A stretch of 64,000 bases of DNA from Octopus sinensis. Lineage: Eukaryota. The stretch lies in assembly GCF_006345805.1 (NCBI RefSeq), contig NC_043011.1:31322464-31386463 (forward strand). Reading direction: 5' to 3'. Each line of letters begins with the position of its first letter. The first letter of the stretch is position 1. Both the position numbers and the translations under genes were made by a program. The notes beneath the pieces are model-generated. The model did not search any database. It was not told the DNA's origin and saw only the letters and a program-made list of their open reading frames with translations. Positions 25,779-38,885 of this stretch are shown one piece after another.

Positions 25779-26534
25779 GTTGTATTTCGGGATGGTCATT
25801 TTTTTTGCCAAATAAACAAGCGCACTATAAATTCGTTCTTCACTTGTTTATTATTGTTCTTATTTTAACTCATGTCCATTGGTTGGATATCTTTCATCAC
25901 ACATCTGTGACCTCTTCAGTGACACTTTTTGTTTACATGTGTACTCTTGCTCCACTTACTCCATTCTGCTCTTCTATGATGTGTATCCTTATATGTACAT
26001 GCGTCCCCATATGTGTGCACGTGTGTCTATGTGTGTGTGTGTATGCTTGTGTGTATGTGTCATTGTTCTTAGCAGTATAGCCTTCCCTTCCCTTCCTTTC
26101 CCACCTTTCACCCCATTGTGTTGCTGCTGTCCTAGGACCCGATAATTTGGTACAGTTCCTGTATCTCTCTGTGTTTGTGTGTTCGCCCATGGTGTTGCCA
26201 TCGTGGTAGTTGATGTTGTTATTGCTGTCATTGTTACCACAGCTGCTGCTGTTGTTGTTAATTGTGTTGATATTGTTGTGGCTGTCCATAAAGTTATTGT
26301 CTTTGTGTGTGTGTATGGGTTCACTTCATATGTTGTTTGTATCCATACCCTTTATATAAATTTATTTATTTATTTATTTCATCTATCTCTATTTCTTATA
26401 TTTACCACAGGTATGTGACAAATATATTTATTTATTTTTTATATTTATCTATCTCTATTTTTTATATGTATCACAGGTATGTGCATATATGTCTATTGTG
26501 TGTGTATTACTCTGTCTGTATCTGTGTTTTATTT

Positions 26535-26990
26535 ACCCTGGAGAGAAGGTGGGAGAAGTATGCAGTAATATACATCTGGAAGATCCTGGAAGGAATTGTG
26601 CCAAATTTTGGCATTGAAAGCTGCACCAATGCCAGAACGGGATGACACTGCATAGTGCCAAAGATCCCAGCAACGCCATCGCACTTCAGGACCAGTTACT
26701 GCAACAGCCTGGGTTTCAAGGGCCCACAGCTTTTTAATATTCTCCCAAAGAGTCTGAGGAACTTGCACAAAGTAGATGTAGGCGTTTTTAAATCAAAGCT
26801 AGACCTCTTCCTGTTGAGAGTCCCAGATGAACCTACCTCACAGCAAGAGGTGCAAATGAGGGTAGCTATATCAAACTCCATTCTTCACTAAGTACCACAT
26901 ATTGGAGGAGGCTCTCGGTAATAACAGTGCAGCAAAACGGCGTTGCATCAGCATGGCTGCAGCTCTGAGCTGTAAACTACAGAAAAAAAA
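26535..26990 (+). mobile_element. CR1/L2-group LINE 3' end
   Basis: LERRWEKYAVIYIWKILEGIVPN...NSLGFKGPQLFNILPKSLRN...FKSKLDLFL..VPDEP; short 3' UTR with stem-loop and A-tail. Confidence 0.8.
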
Positions 26991-27230
26991 TTTTTCGCTC
27001 TCTCTCTTCTCTTCCCATCTGTCTTTAGTCATGTGGTGTGGTGGTGGGTGTTACTGTTCCATTTGTGTTTTCTATTGAGGCTAGGTCTGTCTACAGCTAT
27101 GTGTGTTGCCTCTGTGGTCTGTCTAAGTGTTGTGTCAGTTCTATGCATCGATATGAGAAATTGTATGTTGAAACAGATATTGTTGTATTTCAGGATGGTT
27201 ATTGTTCTTATTTTAATGCTTATCCATTGT

Positions 27231-27270
27231 CCAGAAATCTTTCGTCACACATCTGTGACCTCTTCAGTGG
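27231..27270 (-). ncRNA. Minimal type I hammerhead motif
   Basis: Minus: CCA-CTGAAGA-G-GTCACA-GATG-TGTGAC-GAAA-GATT-TC-TGG; paralog with broken stem I at 25884-25922. Confidence 0.7.
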
Positions 27271-27388
27271 CACTTTTTGTTTACGTGCTGCACTCTTGCT
27301 CCACTTGCTTCATTCTGCTCTTCTATGATGTGTATCCTTATGTGTGCATGCGTTTGCATCTGTGTTTGTGTTTGTGTATGCGTGCATG

Positions 27389-27426
<38 letters not shown>

Positions 27427-27563
27427 ATATCCCCGGTATGTGTGTGTGTCATTGTTCTTAGCAGCAGTATGAGGGGAAGGCCATACTGCTGCTAAGACCA
27501 ATGATACACACGCACAAGCATACACACCTGTATTAAGTAATTCTCATAGACTTTCAAATATAT

Positions 27564-27654
<91 letters not shown>

Positions 27655-27655
<1 letters not shown>

Positions 27656-28028
27656 CGTGGCACTCTGTTGGTTATGACAATGAGAGTTCCAGTTGATCTA
27701 ATCAACAGAACAGCCTGCTCATGAAATTAAAGTGCAAGTGGCTGAGCACTCCACAGACACATGTACCTGCAATTCTCGGGGAGATTCAGCATGATACAGA
27801 GTGTGACAAGGCTGTCCCTTTGAAATACAGGTACAACAGAAACAGGAAGAAAGAGTGAAAGTTGTGGTGAAAGAGTACAGCAGGGTTTGCCACCATCCCC
27901 TGCCGAAGCTTTATGGAATTTTAGGTGTTTTCACTCAATAAACACTCACAATGCCCGGTCTGGGAATTGAAACCGTGATCCTGTGACCACGAGTCTGCTG
28001 CCCTAACCATTGGGCCATTGCGCCTCCG
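27655..28028 (-). mobile_element. SINE family C, tail type d
   Basis: Same head and body (27840-28028) joined to an unrelated ~185-bp tail. Confidence 0.75.
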
Positions 28029-28033
28029 CATGC

Positions 28034-28096
<63 letters not shown>

Positions 28097-28140
28097 TAAT
28101 ATAAACAGCAGTTTGTAATGGTTCACTAGAAAGGAGACTA

Positions 28141-28426
28141 AATGTGACTATGGTGTTAGAAAACACCTCTATTGCTAGAAATAAGAGCTAAAATGTTCTA
28201 ATGCTGTAGTTAACGTACATAAATGTAAATATATATGCTAACAGGGACCATAATTGTCTGAAAAGTGCCAATTGAGAATTCCTTATACTGACACCAGTTT
28301 CAGCAAGTTCCTCTAATATATATTAGTGTATATGTTTACATTTATGTGCTTTGACAACAGCATTAGAGCATTTTAGCTCTTATTTCTAGCAATGTAGCTA
28401 TTTTCTAAAGACCATAGCCACATTTA
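28141..28426. repeat. Degenerate fold-back (arms about 100 bp)
   Basis: aatgtgactatggt...attgctagaaataagagctaaaatgttctaatgctgt versus acagcattagagcattttagctcttatttctagcaat...accatagccacatt. Confidence 0.8.
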
Positions 28427-30057
28427 ACGACAACTACAATTTTCTTTTTTTTTTTTTTGGTGACTTCTTCATTCCAGAAGCATGAAGCAGTTGGGCTCCC
28501 ATTAGGGGCCTGCTAAACTTGAAGTAGCATGGAACTGAATCAAACTGTTTTGAATAATATGTGAGTGTGTGTGTGTGGGGGGTGGTGTCAGTATTTGTGT
28601 TTGTTACCCACCACCACCACCACACCACCACCACCACCACCACCACCTTTGTTGGTTTGTTTACATCTCCATAACTAAGTGGGTCAACAAAAAAATGACT
28701 GTATAAGTACTGGGCTTAAAAAAGAAATATAAGTTCTGGGGTTGATTTGTTTCATTAAGCACTTCGAAGGTGCTACTCCAGTATGGCCATGGTCCAATGA
28801 CTGAAAAAGATAAAAGACAAAAAGATAAATGATTTACATACCAATTATGATGTCATTGCTTAATTGTAGTGTTACACACACACACACAGACACAGACACA
28901 CACACACACATGCATGCACACATACACAAACACACACACACACACACACATACACACACAAACAGACAAGAAACACAGGAGAGATAAATGAGTCTCTGTA
29001 AGGCTATTGATACTTTATATTAGTAAACCAGTTTCAGCTTTCATCTGTGTTTTCGTTGCTTGAGGTTATTTTAGAGGAAAGCTGGTCTTTATGTCTTTCT
29101 TATTAACCTTGGTTAGCAACTGAGACAGATATCACGTCTGATACGAGAAATCAATTTATATGTGCAAGAGCAAGACTTGTATGAAAAAGTTGTATATTTA
29201 ACAAGACTACGTTTATAAGCCAACAGGGAGACGGGTGGACTTCCTTGTGGTCATTGAGCCTGCTACAGATTGCAACCAAATCTCCCACAGATCATATTTG
29301 TACTGTCTTAAAAAACAAAAACGGAAGGACTCATTCAATAATATAGCCATCATCATCATCATCATCATCATCATTGTCGCCATTGTCGTCGTCATCGTCG
29401 TTTGTTTTAATGTCCACTTTTCATGCTTGTATGGGTTGGACGGAATTTATAGAGGCAGATTTTCTATGGCTGAATGCCCTTCCTAGCGCCAACCCCTCAT
29501 TATTATCTTGTTTCTAAGCAAGGTAATAATACTTCCCCATTGCCCAGATATGTTTTTGCAGAATACTGGAAATGAATGACTTTTGTATGACAGACTTCAT
29601 ACCCAGTTTAGCACTGTTACCCAGTCCTTGGGTGTCTTTAGCAAAGTCCACTCCATTGCAAGCATCCAGGTCTCTTCCAGGGAGGAAGGTATTCAGATCA
29701 GGATACCTTTTCCCTCCACCTCTCTCCCTCTGCCTTTCCTCCTCTGCTTCTCTCCCTCCGCCTCTCTTCTCTCTCCTTTTACCATTCCTACCGCTGCCCT
29801 TAAAGGCCCTGTAAAGACCTGGACTATCTTTCTAAGTGTTAAAAGGAAAAAAATCCGAGACAGCCTTATCCACTGGGTCCTTGTCGTTTTTTAAGATAAG
29901 GTGTAAGTTGAAGGAGATTTGGTTTCTATTTCTATCAGATCAAACAACCACATAGAGGCACTCTCTCTCTCTCTCTCTCTCTCTCTCACTTGCTCAGACT
30001 ACTCTAAACTGAGCAATAATTTCTGTCACAGATGGAAGTAAGCTGGATGAGTTCCTT

Positions 30058-30437
30058 TTATTACTTCCGTCTTGGTGAAAGCAGAGGTATTGTTTCCAGT
30101 CATGTTTGTTTGTTTGATTGTTTGTCTATGGACAAGATGTCTCAAAAACTGCCCGATGAATTCAGATGAAACTTTCAGGGTTGTTTGGCCTCATGACTGG
30201 CACAAACTGATTAGATTTTGGGATCGATCTGGTACCGGGCAAGGATTCTGGATTATTTTTCCTGATTTTTTTTTACTTAATTTTTGAGAGCAGTCAGGTT
30301 TATTTCTAGTATTCTCGATTCTGAGAGCAGTTGAGTTTATTTTAGGTATTCTCATTTAAAAAATCATCTCTGGCTAATCATTGAGACGTTGGTGTTGCCT
30401 TGGTGGAAGTTTGCGCTCTCTGAGTGCTCTTGTTAGT
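30058..30437 (+). mobile_element. Helentron-associated (HINE/DINE-1-like) non-autonomous element
   Basis: ttattacttccg 5' end, (GTTT)n, gatgaaactttcagg core, 3' ccttggtggaagtttgcgctctctgagtgctc subterminal IR plus hairpin. Confidence 0.7.
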
Positions 30438-31587
30438 ATGTAATTCAGTCACTTGTATTTGTGAGTTCAGATCCTGTTAGGGCAAAATTATGTGACCTTG
30501 TGGTCAGCATGTTGCATTCATGAGCACAAGATCATGGTTTCAATTTGTAGACCAGTTGGTGTGTTGTGTTCTTGAGCAAAACACTTCATTTAGTGTTGCT
30601 CCTGTCCATTCAGCTGTAAAGGAGTTACCCTACGATGGACATTCAAGAAGAATGTTGTGATCATGGTAATTTTACATGCCAGGGAAACTGGGTAACCAGC
30701 CCTATGAGTCCCAGGACTTGAGATGGAACATTTTTATCCTGTTAGAATCAGATTCAGCTTTCAAACACCAAGAAGAAACTGGTGGGGTTGACTGAACTTA
30801 ATCAACTGTGCTTGTATCCACCTCAGGAAAATAGTACTTTTGCTTCAGCAAGAGCTCTATTGAGAGTATAAGATATACTGAGTGAATTGTAGTTGTGGCT
30901 ATTGCCAGTGTTATGTAAATGGCATGTAAAATGCACCCGTTACACTCTCAGAGTGGTTGGCATTAGGAAGGGCACCCAGCCGTAGAGACCATGCCAAATC
31001 AGACTGGAACCTGACACAGCCTTCCGCCTTACCAGTTTCAGTCAAACCATCTAACCCATGCTAGCATGGAAAGTAGACGTTAAATGATGATGATGATGAA
31101 TGCTTTGCTTGTTCAAATTTCTTGGACTTGTCTCTCATCACAGGTCATCATCAACTTTTGACATGGTCGAACAACCAATCCCAATCAGTTGGGATTCACA
31201 GTATAGGTTGTACACTATTCATCCTTTCAGTTGTTGAATACAAAACGTTGCTCATGGGACTTCCATTCAGGTGATTTTCCTGAGTCACCATCTCTCCCTT
31301 GCATGTTAATCCAGCACAAGGTTATCTGTTTGCAGCTGAGTGGACTGGAGCAATATGAAATGGAAGTGTTTTGATCAAGAACACGACACACAGCTGGTCT
31401 GGGAATTGGAACACCCTAACCACTAGGCCACATTTCTCTGTCACAGGTAGTAATATAATATTCCTTTGCTGAGCACTCTAGAACAAAAAAGATAAGCTCC
31501 TATGGAATAGTTTCAGTTTTCACTTGAAACTGTCATTAATGACAAAGGAAATCAATGAGACTTAAATACAAAGTCCATTGCAGTGAG

Positions 31588-32002
31588 GGATCTTTTCGGT
31601 TTGAACGGCAGTTTTTTAAAATAATTTCCACATAACTAAATACTTTTAAACTTTGTATACTGGTAGAATGTGTTTATAAAACATCTTTTTCTCTTGGCTT
31701 TATTGAGAAAATTCTATAGTTTGTAAGATATTTGTTTTTTTTCTTCAATTTCTACAATTTCAACCAATCAATGACGTCTATTGAAGGTGAAAATATTCTT
31801 TGCCGTATGAATATGTCCCTCTTTTAAGAAACAGATTGGGTTTATTTACATTTGTGAAGAAAAAAAGATGCCCTTCCCCCCACTCCTAACCCTAACCCTA
31901 AAATAGATTGAAATGCAATAGATTGATACTAGGGTCATAATTATGGGTGACAATTTCATATGACACCGCTAGAAAAAACTGCCGTTCAAACCGAAAAGAT
32001 CC
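31588..32002. mobile_element. Merlin-like MITE, ~29-bp TIRs, 8-bp TSD, short CCCTAA array
   Basis: TSD GCAGTGAG at 31580-87 and 32003-10; TIR ggatcttttcggtttgaacggcagttttt; interior similar to one arm of 14478-15138. Confidence 0.88.
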
Positions 32003-32120
32003 GCAGTGAGTTCTAATTCAAGCTCAAGTAATCCATTCTGTTTTTATTTATGTCTTCAGACAAGAGATATGTCACTACTTAACCAAATCCTACTGTAACT
32101 CTGTGATTGCTCCTTTTCAG

Positions 32121-32299
32121 GTGTCATTTTACCAAATCAGACAATAGAATTCCCGTTTACTTTTAAATCTCCCCAAATTGGGATTTTCTATGAAGTGTTG
32201 CAGTTTGTCACCTTTCCACAGTTACCTCGTGTTGTTATATCACTACAAGGGATCATTAAACCACTGGACGTATATTCTGTTTCCCGGAGTAACCTATCG
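32121..32299 (+). CDS. MYCBPAP: MYCBPAP exon (VILPNQTIEFPFTFKSPQIGIFYEVLQFVTFPQL...SNLS)
   Basis: ccttttcAG acceptor, GTAAGA donor, 179 nt; GVILP..F.F.FKS...G.F.E...F.T.P.L is a hallmark MYCBPAP block. Confidence 0.92.
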
Positions 32300-32372
32300 G
32301 TAAGAATCATTACAACTTGTTTTGTTATCTTATATTTCATAATAATAATAATGATAATAATAATGATAATAA

Positions 32373-32932
32373 TAAATGCCCTGATGCAGTACCAGGCAGT
32401 GGCTCTCGTGGCTTCTGATCTTAACTGATTGGAAGTGTTATCATGTACATTGTTTTGTCTTGGTATAAAAGATGGGCTACAGTAAATATTCTGCTCAATA
32501 CCACAGATTTGCTTGTCAGTTGTTTGACCTTAACCAGTTGAGCATGTCCCTTAGTGGCTGATGATATGTGCATCTCTGATCACGAGCAGAAGTAGTGGGG
32601 GAGCATCATAGCCATGTGTTGAGAAGGGTTCTTTGGGGTTTGAATGATTCGCCTCTGGAAACATGGGTGTTTCGTTCAACATCCTTAAACAAACCTTATT
32701 CAGGGACCTTTTGAGCGAGATGGGCTACTCAACCTGAAGAAAATTCTAACTGGGCCCCACCTGTAAGGTCATGCGCTGTTTAGCTCGATATGAGATTACC
32801 ATGTCGCGCACATATGGTTGTGATGCATGTGCCTGGTGTACCCTTATCAGACGGGTAGTCATGATGGGTATATTGGGCTTCGTATATTTTACCCCAGTGT
32901 CACTTTGATGGCATGAACTGCTCTTTCACTCA

Positions 32933-32963
<31 letters not shown>

Positions 32964-33304
32964 ATACCCTGATGCAGTACCAGGCAGTGGCTCTCGTGGC
33001 TTCTGATCTTAACTGATTGGAAGTGTTATCATGTACATTGTTTTGTCTTGGTATAAAAGATGAGCTACAGTAAATATTCTGCTCAATACCACAGATTTTC
33101 TTGTCAGTTGTTTGACCTTAACCAGTTGAGCATGTCCCTTAGTGGCTGATGATATGTGCATCTCTGATCACGAGCAGAAGTAGTTGGGGAGCATCATGCA
33201 TGTGCCTGGTGTACCCTTATCAGACGGGTAGTCATGATGGGTATATTGGGCTTTGTATATTTTACTCCAGTGTCACTTTGATGGCATGCACTGCTCTCTC
33301 ACTC

Positions 33305-33305
<1 letters not shown>
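32373..33305 (+). mobile_element. Two tandem copies (one internally deleted) of a ~560-bp non-coding element inserted in (AAT)n
   Basis: aaatRccctgatgcagtacc...gctctYtcactc(aat)n at 32373-32935 and 32962-33305; third copy 47513-48073. Confidence 0.85.
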
Positions 33306-33342
<37 letters not shown>

Positions 33343-33555
33343 TTTCAAATTTTACCACAAGGGCAACAGTTTTGGGGGAGGGGATGAGTTGATTACATGA
33401 ACCCCAGTGTTCAACTGGTACTTATTTTATCAACCCCGAAAGGATGAAAGGCAAAGTCAACCTGAATGGAATTTGAACTCAGAATGTTGTGACAGGCAAA
33501 ATACTGCTAAGCATTTCGTCTAGCATGCTAATAATTCTGCCAGCTTGCTTCCTTC

Positions 33556-33609
<54 letters not shown>

Positions 33610-35033
33610 GGTAATAATAATGGCTTCAAATTTTGCCACAAGGGCAGCAGTTTTGGGGAAGGGGATGAATCGATTACATCAACCCCGGTGTTCAACTAGT
33701 ACTTATTTTATCAAACCCGAAAAGATGAAAGGCTAAGTCGACCCCGATGGAATTTGAACTCAGAACATAAAGATGGATGAAATGCCGCTAAGCATTTTCC
33801 CTCTGTGAGCTCATCGCCTTAATAATAATAATAATAATAATAATAATATTAATAATAATAATATTGATGATGATGATGATGATGATGAACCTTTGTACTA
33901 CAAGCACAAAGCCTGAAATTTAGGGGAAGTGGGTAAGTCAATTACATCAACCCCAGTGCATAACTGGTACTTAATCAACTCCGAAAGGATGAAAGGCAAA
34001 GTCAACCCCAGCAGAATTTGAACTCAAAACATAAAGTCGGTCGAAATGCCGCTAAGCATTTTGCCTGGTGTGCTAATGATTCTGTGAGCTTGCTGCCTTA
34101 ATAATAATAAAAATAATAATATTGCACAAGGGCAGCTTGGAGGAGATGGGGGGACGAGTTGAATGTATTGACACCAGTGTACAACTGGTACTTATTTTAT
34201 CAACCCCAAAAGATGAAAGGCAAAGTTGATTGACCTTGGCAGAATTTGAACTCAGGATGTAGTGATGGATGAAATACCACTAAGCTAACAATTCTACCAG
34301 CTTGCTGCCAATAATAATGATGATGATGATGATGATGATGATGGAACTCTCCCATTAAAGATGGTGTATGAGTGTTCAGCTTTTTGTTGAACATCCTTCA
34401 CAAAGGATTTTTATAGTGATCAAATGTATGTGTTGTACATTAGACCTTCACCATGAAGGCACATTGCTCAGTAGTTAGAGTGTTGAGCTTACGATTGTGA
34501 GATTGTGAGTTCGATTCCTGGACCGGGCTGTGTGTTGTGTTCTTGAGCAAGACACTTCATTTCATGTTGCTCCAGTTCACTCAGCTGTAGAAATGAGTTG
34601 CGACGTCACTGGTGCCAAGCTGTATTGGCCTTTGCCTTTCTCTTGGATAACATCAGTGGTGTGTAGAGGGGAGGCTGGTATGCATGGGCAACTGGTGGTC
34701 TTCCGTAAAAACAACCCTAGGTTGTGCGTTCATCCGTGAGGTGACTACTATTACTACTACTACTACTACTACTAATAATAATAATGACAACAACAACAAC
34801 AACAATAATAATAATCCTTTCTACTATAGGCAGAAGATTTGGATTTTTGTGGAGAGGGGGACAATCGATCACATCGACCCCAATGCTTGACTGGTACCTA
34901 ATTTATTGATCCCAAAAGGATGAAAGGCAAAGTCGACCTCAGCGGAATTTGAACTCAAAAAGTAGCAACGGGCGAAATACTGCTAAGCATTCCGTCCAGG
35001 GTGCTAACAACTTTGCCAGCTTGCTGCCTTCAA

Positions 35034-35065
<32 letters not shown>

Positions 35066-35429
35066 ATCAATGATAATAAAAATAATAATGGTAGGCGTAA
35101 TTTTAATTGCAATAATGGTAAAGGTGATAATAATGATAGAGATGATAATAACCATTTCTACAGTAGCCACACAGGACTCAATAATAATAATATTAATATA
35201 GAATAAAAATGTCTTATAGAACAAGAAGAAAAATTTAAGTAGTACACCAAATCACTTGTTTCATGTTTAATCCAGAAGCTTGTCCCTCAGGGAAGAGCCA
35301 GCCTGGGGTTGAAAAGCCATCCAGTAGCACAAACTCTTCTCCAAATATGAACCTGGAACTACCCCAACTTGAGCCCTACAAGTTCACCACCACAGCCACC
35401 ACAAAGAGTATAAACAAGTTATATACACT

Positions 35430-37395
35430 TGTTACTATGTATTAGGTAGGCCATCTCAAGAAAGAAACACTGCAAACTCTTACAAAATATGGAGAACATG
35501 AAATCAAGACAGCAGACCCTATTTGGATAAAAACAAATTAGCAAATGTTATGAGGGATTCTTTAGAAATAACAGACTCACAGATAGTGAAATAATCATAA
35601 TTAAGTTTGTAGTGGAAAATGACAGGCAGGAAATGAAGAATCAGGTGAAGAGAGGAGCTTGCCATTAATCTTAATTGAATGACTACCATCTGACCAAATT
35701 ATGAAAAGGCCTGAAGAAATAATAAATTCTAATGAACCTAATAAAGATAGCCAGAAAAGTGGTAAGGAGATTTTTGAAAACCACACATTTGCTGAAGAAC
35801 ACAGTGAGTCTATGATGGGAATGAAGGAGAAAATTCTGAATAAGTTTGAGGTTGTAAGACATGCAAGTATGAATGATAGAGAACCATTTCATGAACTCAC
35901 AAATGCAAACCAGAATAAAAAAAAACAAATTGAAATTAGCAACAGTGTAACAAACGAAATCATATGGGGATTTAAACTTGATTTCACTGAGTTAAATGAA
36001 ATTAGGAGTGGCTGTGTGGTAAGTAGCTTGCTTACCAACCACATGGTTCCAGGTTCAGTCCCACTGCGTGGCATCTTGGGCAAGTGTCTTCGGCTATAGC
36101 CCCGGGCCGACCAATGCCTTGTGAGTGGATTTGGTAGACGGAAACTAAAAGAAGCCTGTCGTATATATGTATATATATGTGTGTGTGTGTGTGGTGTGTG
36201 TGTGTGTGTGTGTGTTGTGTGTGTGTGTGTGTGTGTGTGTATGTTTGTGCGTCTGTGTTTGTCCCCCTAGCATTGCTTGACAACTGATGCTGGTGTGTTT
36301 TACGTCCCCGTCACTTAGCGGTTCGGCAAAAGAGACCGATAGAATAAGTACTGGGCTTACAAGTCCTGGGGTCAATTTGCTCGACTAAAGGCAGTGCTCC
36401 AGCATGGCCGCAGTCAAATGACTGAAACAAGTAAAAGAGAAAGAGAAAGAGAACAATGTAACAAAAGAAATCATATGGGGATTTAAATTGATTTCACTGA
36501 GTTAAATGAAATTATTTATGCATCTGCTAAAGCAATTGAAACCAGGCTGCATGTTTCCGAAAAAAAAAGAAAAAAGAAAAAAGAACTTGGGAAGAAATCC
36601 AAACTGGAAAAGTAAAACTGAAAAAGAGATTGAATTAATGAGAGGTGAAATATCAATATTAAATGAACTAATCTTTGGAAACGATGTAAAATCCAGAAAA
36701 GGAAGAAAGATGAAGAGAAAAAAATGGATTTTCACCCAGAGAAGAACTGATATCAACAAAGGAAACACTGAAACGAAAGCTCAAAGGATACAAAGATTTG
36801 AGAAAAGAAACAAATTTTACAAGCAAAATAAGCTGTTCACATCCAATGTGAAAATAATAAGGCATCCAACTGTAGATCAGACTGGAGCCTGATGCAGCCT
36901 CCTGGCTTCCTAGATCCTGGTCAAATCATCCAACCCATGCTAGCATGGAAAACGGACGTTAAACGATGATGATGACATAATGAATATGCAGATTGGATTA
37001 GATGCATAGAAAGATCCTACCAAAATTTTCCAGAACAAGCATGGGATGACATCACAGTAGCAGACCTAAGAATGACACTCATGAAGGCTCATAAGTGGAA
37101 ATCTCCTGGTAAAAATAGGGTACCAAATTTCTGGCTTGCATCACTCCAAAAATGTTCATGTGCGTGTGGAACGTTAGTTCAGCTATTCAAAGAAATTATG
37201 AGAGATTCCATGAGCGCAGCTGATTGGTTAGCAAGTGGTATTATCTACTCCCAAAGAATAACGAAACCAAAGTTCAAAGAAAAATATTGGCCCATAACCT
37301 GTTTATCTGCCACATATAGGATTTTGACATCCATCCTTGTGGAGGAAAAACGCATTTATGGAACAGATCAAAAAAAGAGACTGAAAATTAGTTGA
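35430..37395 (+). mobile_element. R4/Dong-like non-LTR retrotransposon remnant, interrupted by SINE and RTE tail
   Basis: KAQRIQRFEKRNKFYKQNKLF; KAHKWKSPGKNRVPNFWL...ADWLASG...YWPITCLSATYRILTSIL resemble R4-clade RT N-terminal motifs. Confidence 0.7.
36005..36451 (+). mobile_element. SINE family A flanked by ~63-bp direct repeat
   Basis: Flanks 35941-36004 and 36452-36514 near-identical. Confidence 0.88.
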
Positions 37396-38885
37396 GAATG
37401 ATCTCTGTCTTACTGTGTGTGTGTATTCAACAGTTATTTTCTCCTTCCCTATATCTCTAGAACGTTTTTACATTGGATGCTTATAGGTGCAGGAGTGGCT
37501 GTGTGGTAAGTAGCTTGCTTACCAACCACATGGTTCCGGGTTCAGTCCCACTGCATGATATCTTGGGCAAGTGTCTTCTACTATAGCCTATTGTAGGCTT
37601 CTACTATAGGCTTCTACTATAGCCTATACAAGCATTGCTTGACAACCGATGCTGGTGTTTTTTCATGTCCCCGTAACTTAGCGGTTCAGCAAAAGTGCCC
37701 GATAGAATTAGTAGAAGGCATTTGCACCTTGGGCAAATGCCTTCTACTAATAGCCTCAGGCTGACCAAAGCCTTGTGAATGGATTTGGTAGACGGAAACT
37801 GAAAGAAGCCCGTCGTATATATATGTATATATATATGTGTGTGTGTGTATTTGTATGTCTGTGTTTGTCCCCCCAACATCGCTTGACAACCGATGCTGGT
37901 GTGTTTACATCCCTGTAACTTAGTGGTTCGGCAAAAGAGACCGATGGAATAAGTACCAGGCTTACAAAGAATAAGTCCCAGAGTCGATTTGCTCGACTAA
38001 AGGCGGTGCTCCAGCATGGCCACAGTCACATGACTGAAACAAGTAAAAGAGTAAAAAGTGGAAAAGATTGTTTTAACTGGTACATCACATGTATTGAGAA
38101 AAGCATTGTTGCTGTGAGAATGATTACAACCCAAGTAAATATTTTTCTTTACCTTTTTCCTTTCTTTTTCTTCTTTTATTTTCAAATATTTTCTGTTTGT
38201 AAATGAACAATGTAGTGTGTTTATTTTAATGGCCTATCAATATATACAATGATTTTCTTTGCCCTAGGTGTCTGGAAGACACTAGGCAAGAAATGGAAAC
38301 AAAATTGAAAGAAATAAAACCCACAATAATAATCATAAAAAACAAAGCCTGAAATTACATAGACCCCCCCAGTACTCATTGACCCCAAAAAAAGATGAAA
38401 AGCAGAGTCAACCTCAGAATTTGAAACCAAAACACAAAGAACCAGAAGAAATGCCAGGTAGCATTTTTTCTGATGCACTAATGATTCTGCTGCCTTGCCA
38501 TCTTGATAATAATTCTATCTAACTTTGGCACAAGAGCAGCAATTTTCAGGGTAAAGGAGTTAGTTGATTATGTTGACCCCAGTACTTGACTAATATTTTC
38601 TTAAAAAAAAGAAAAATTCGAGTGAGGTCGTTGCCAGTACTGCCCGACTGGCCCCTGTGCCGGTGGCACGTAAAAAGCACCCACTACACTCTTGGAGTGG
38701 TTGGCGTTAGGAAGGGCATCCAGCTGTAGAAACTCTGCCAGATCAAGACTGGAGCCTGGTGCAGCCATCTGGTTCGTCAGCCCACAGTCAAATCGTCCAA
38801 CCCATGCTAGCATGGAAAGCGGATGTTAAACGATGATGATGACCTTGTAAGGAGGAGGAAAGGCAATCGTCGCCTTATGATGGGG

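Noticed and set aside
32373-32440. HDV-like ribozyme at the 5' end of the (AAT)n element
   Set aside because: Could not build P1/P2 pairing by eye; left for computational search.
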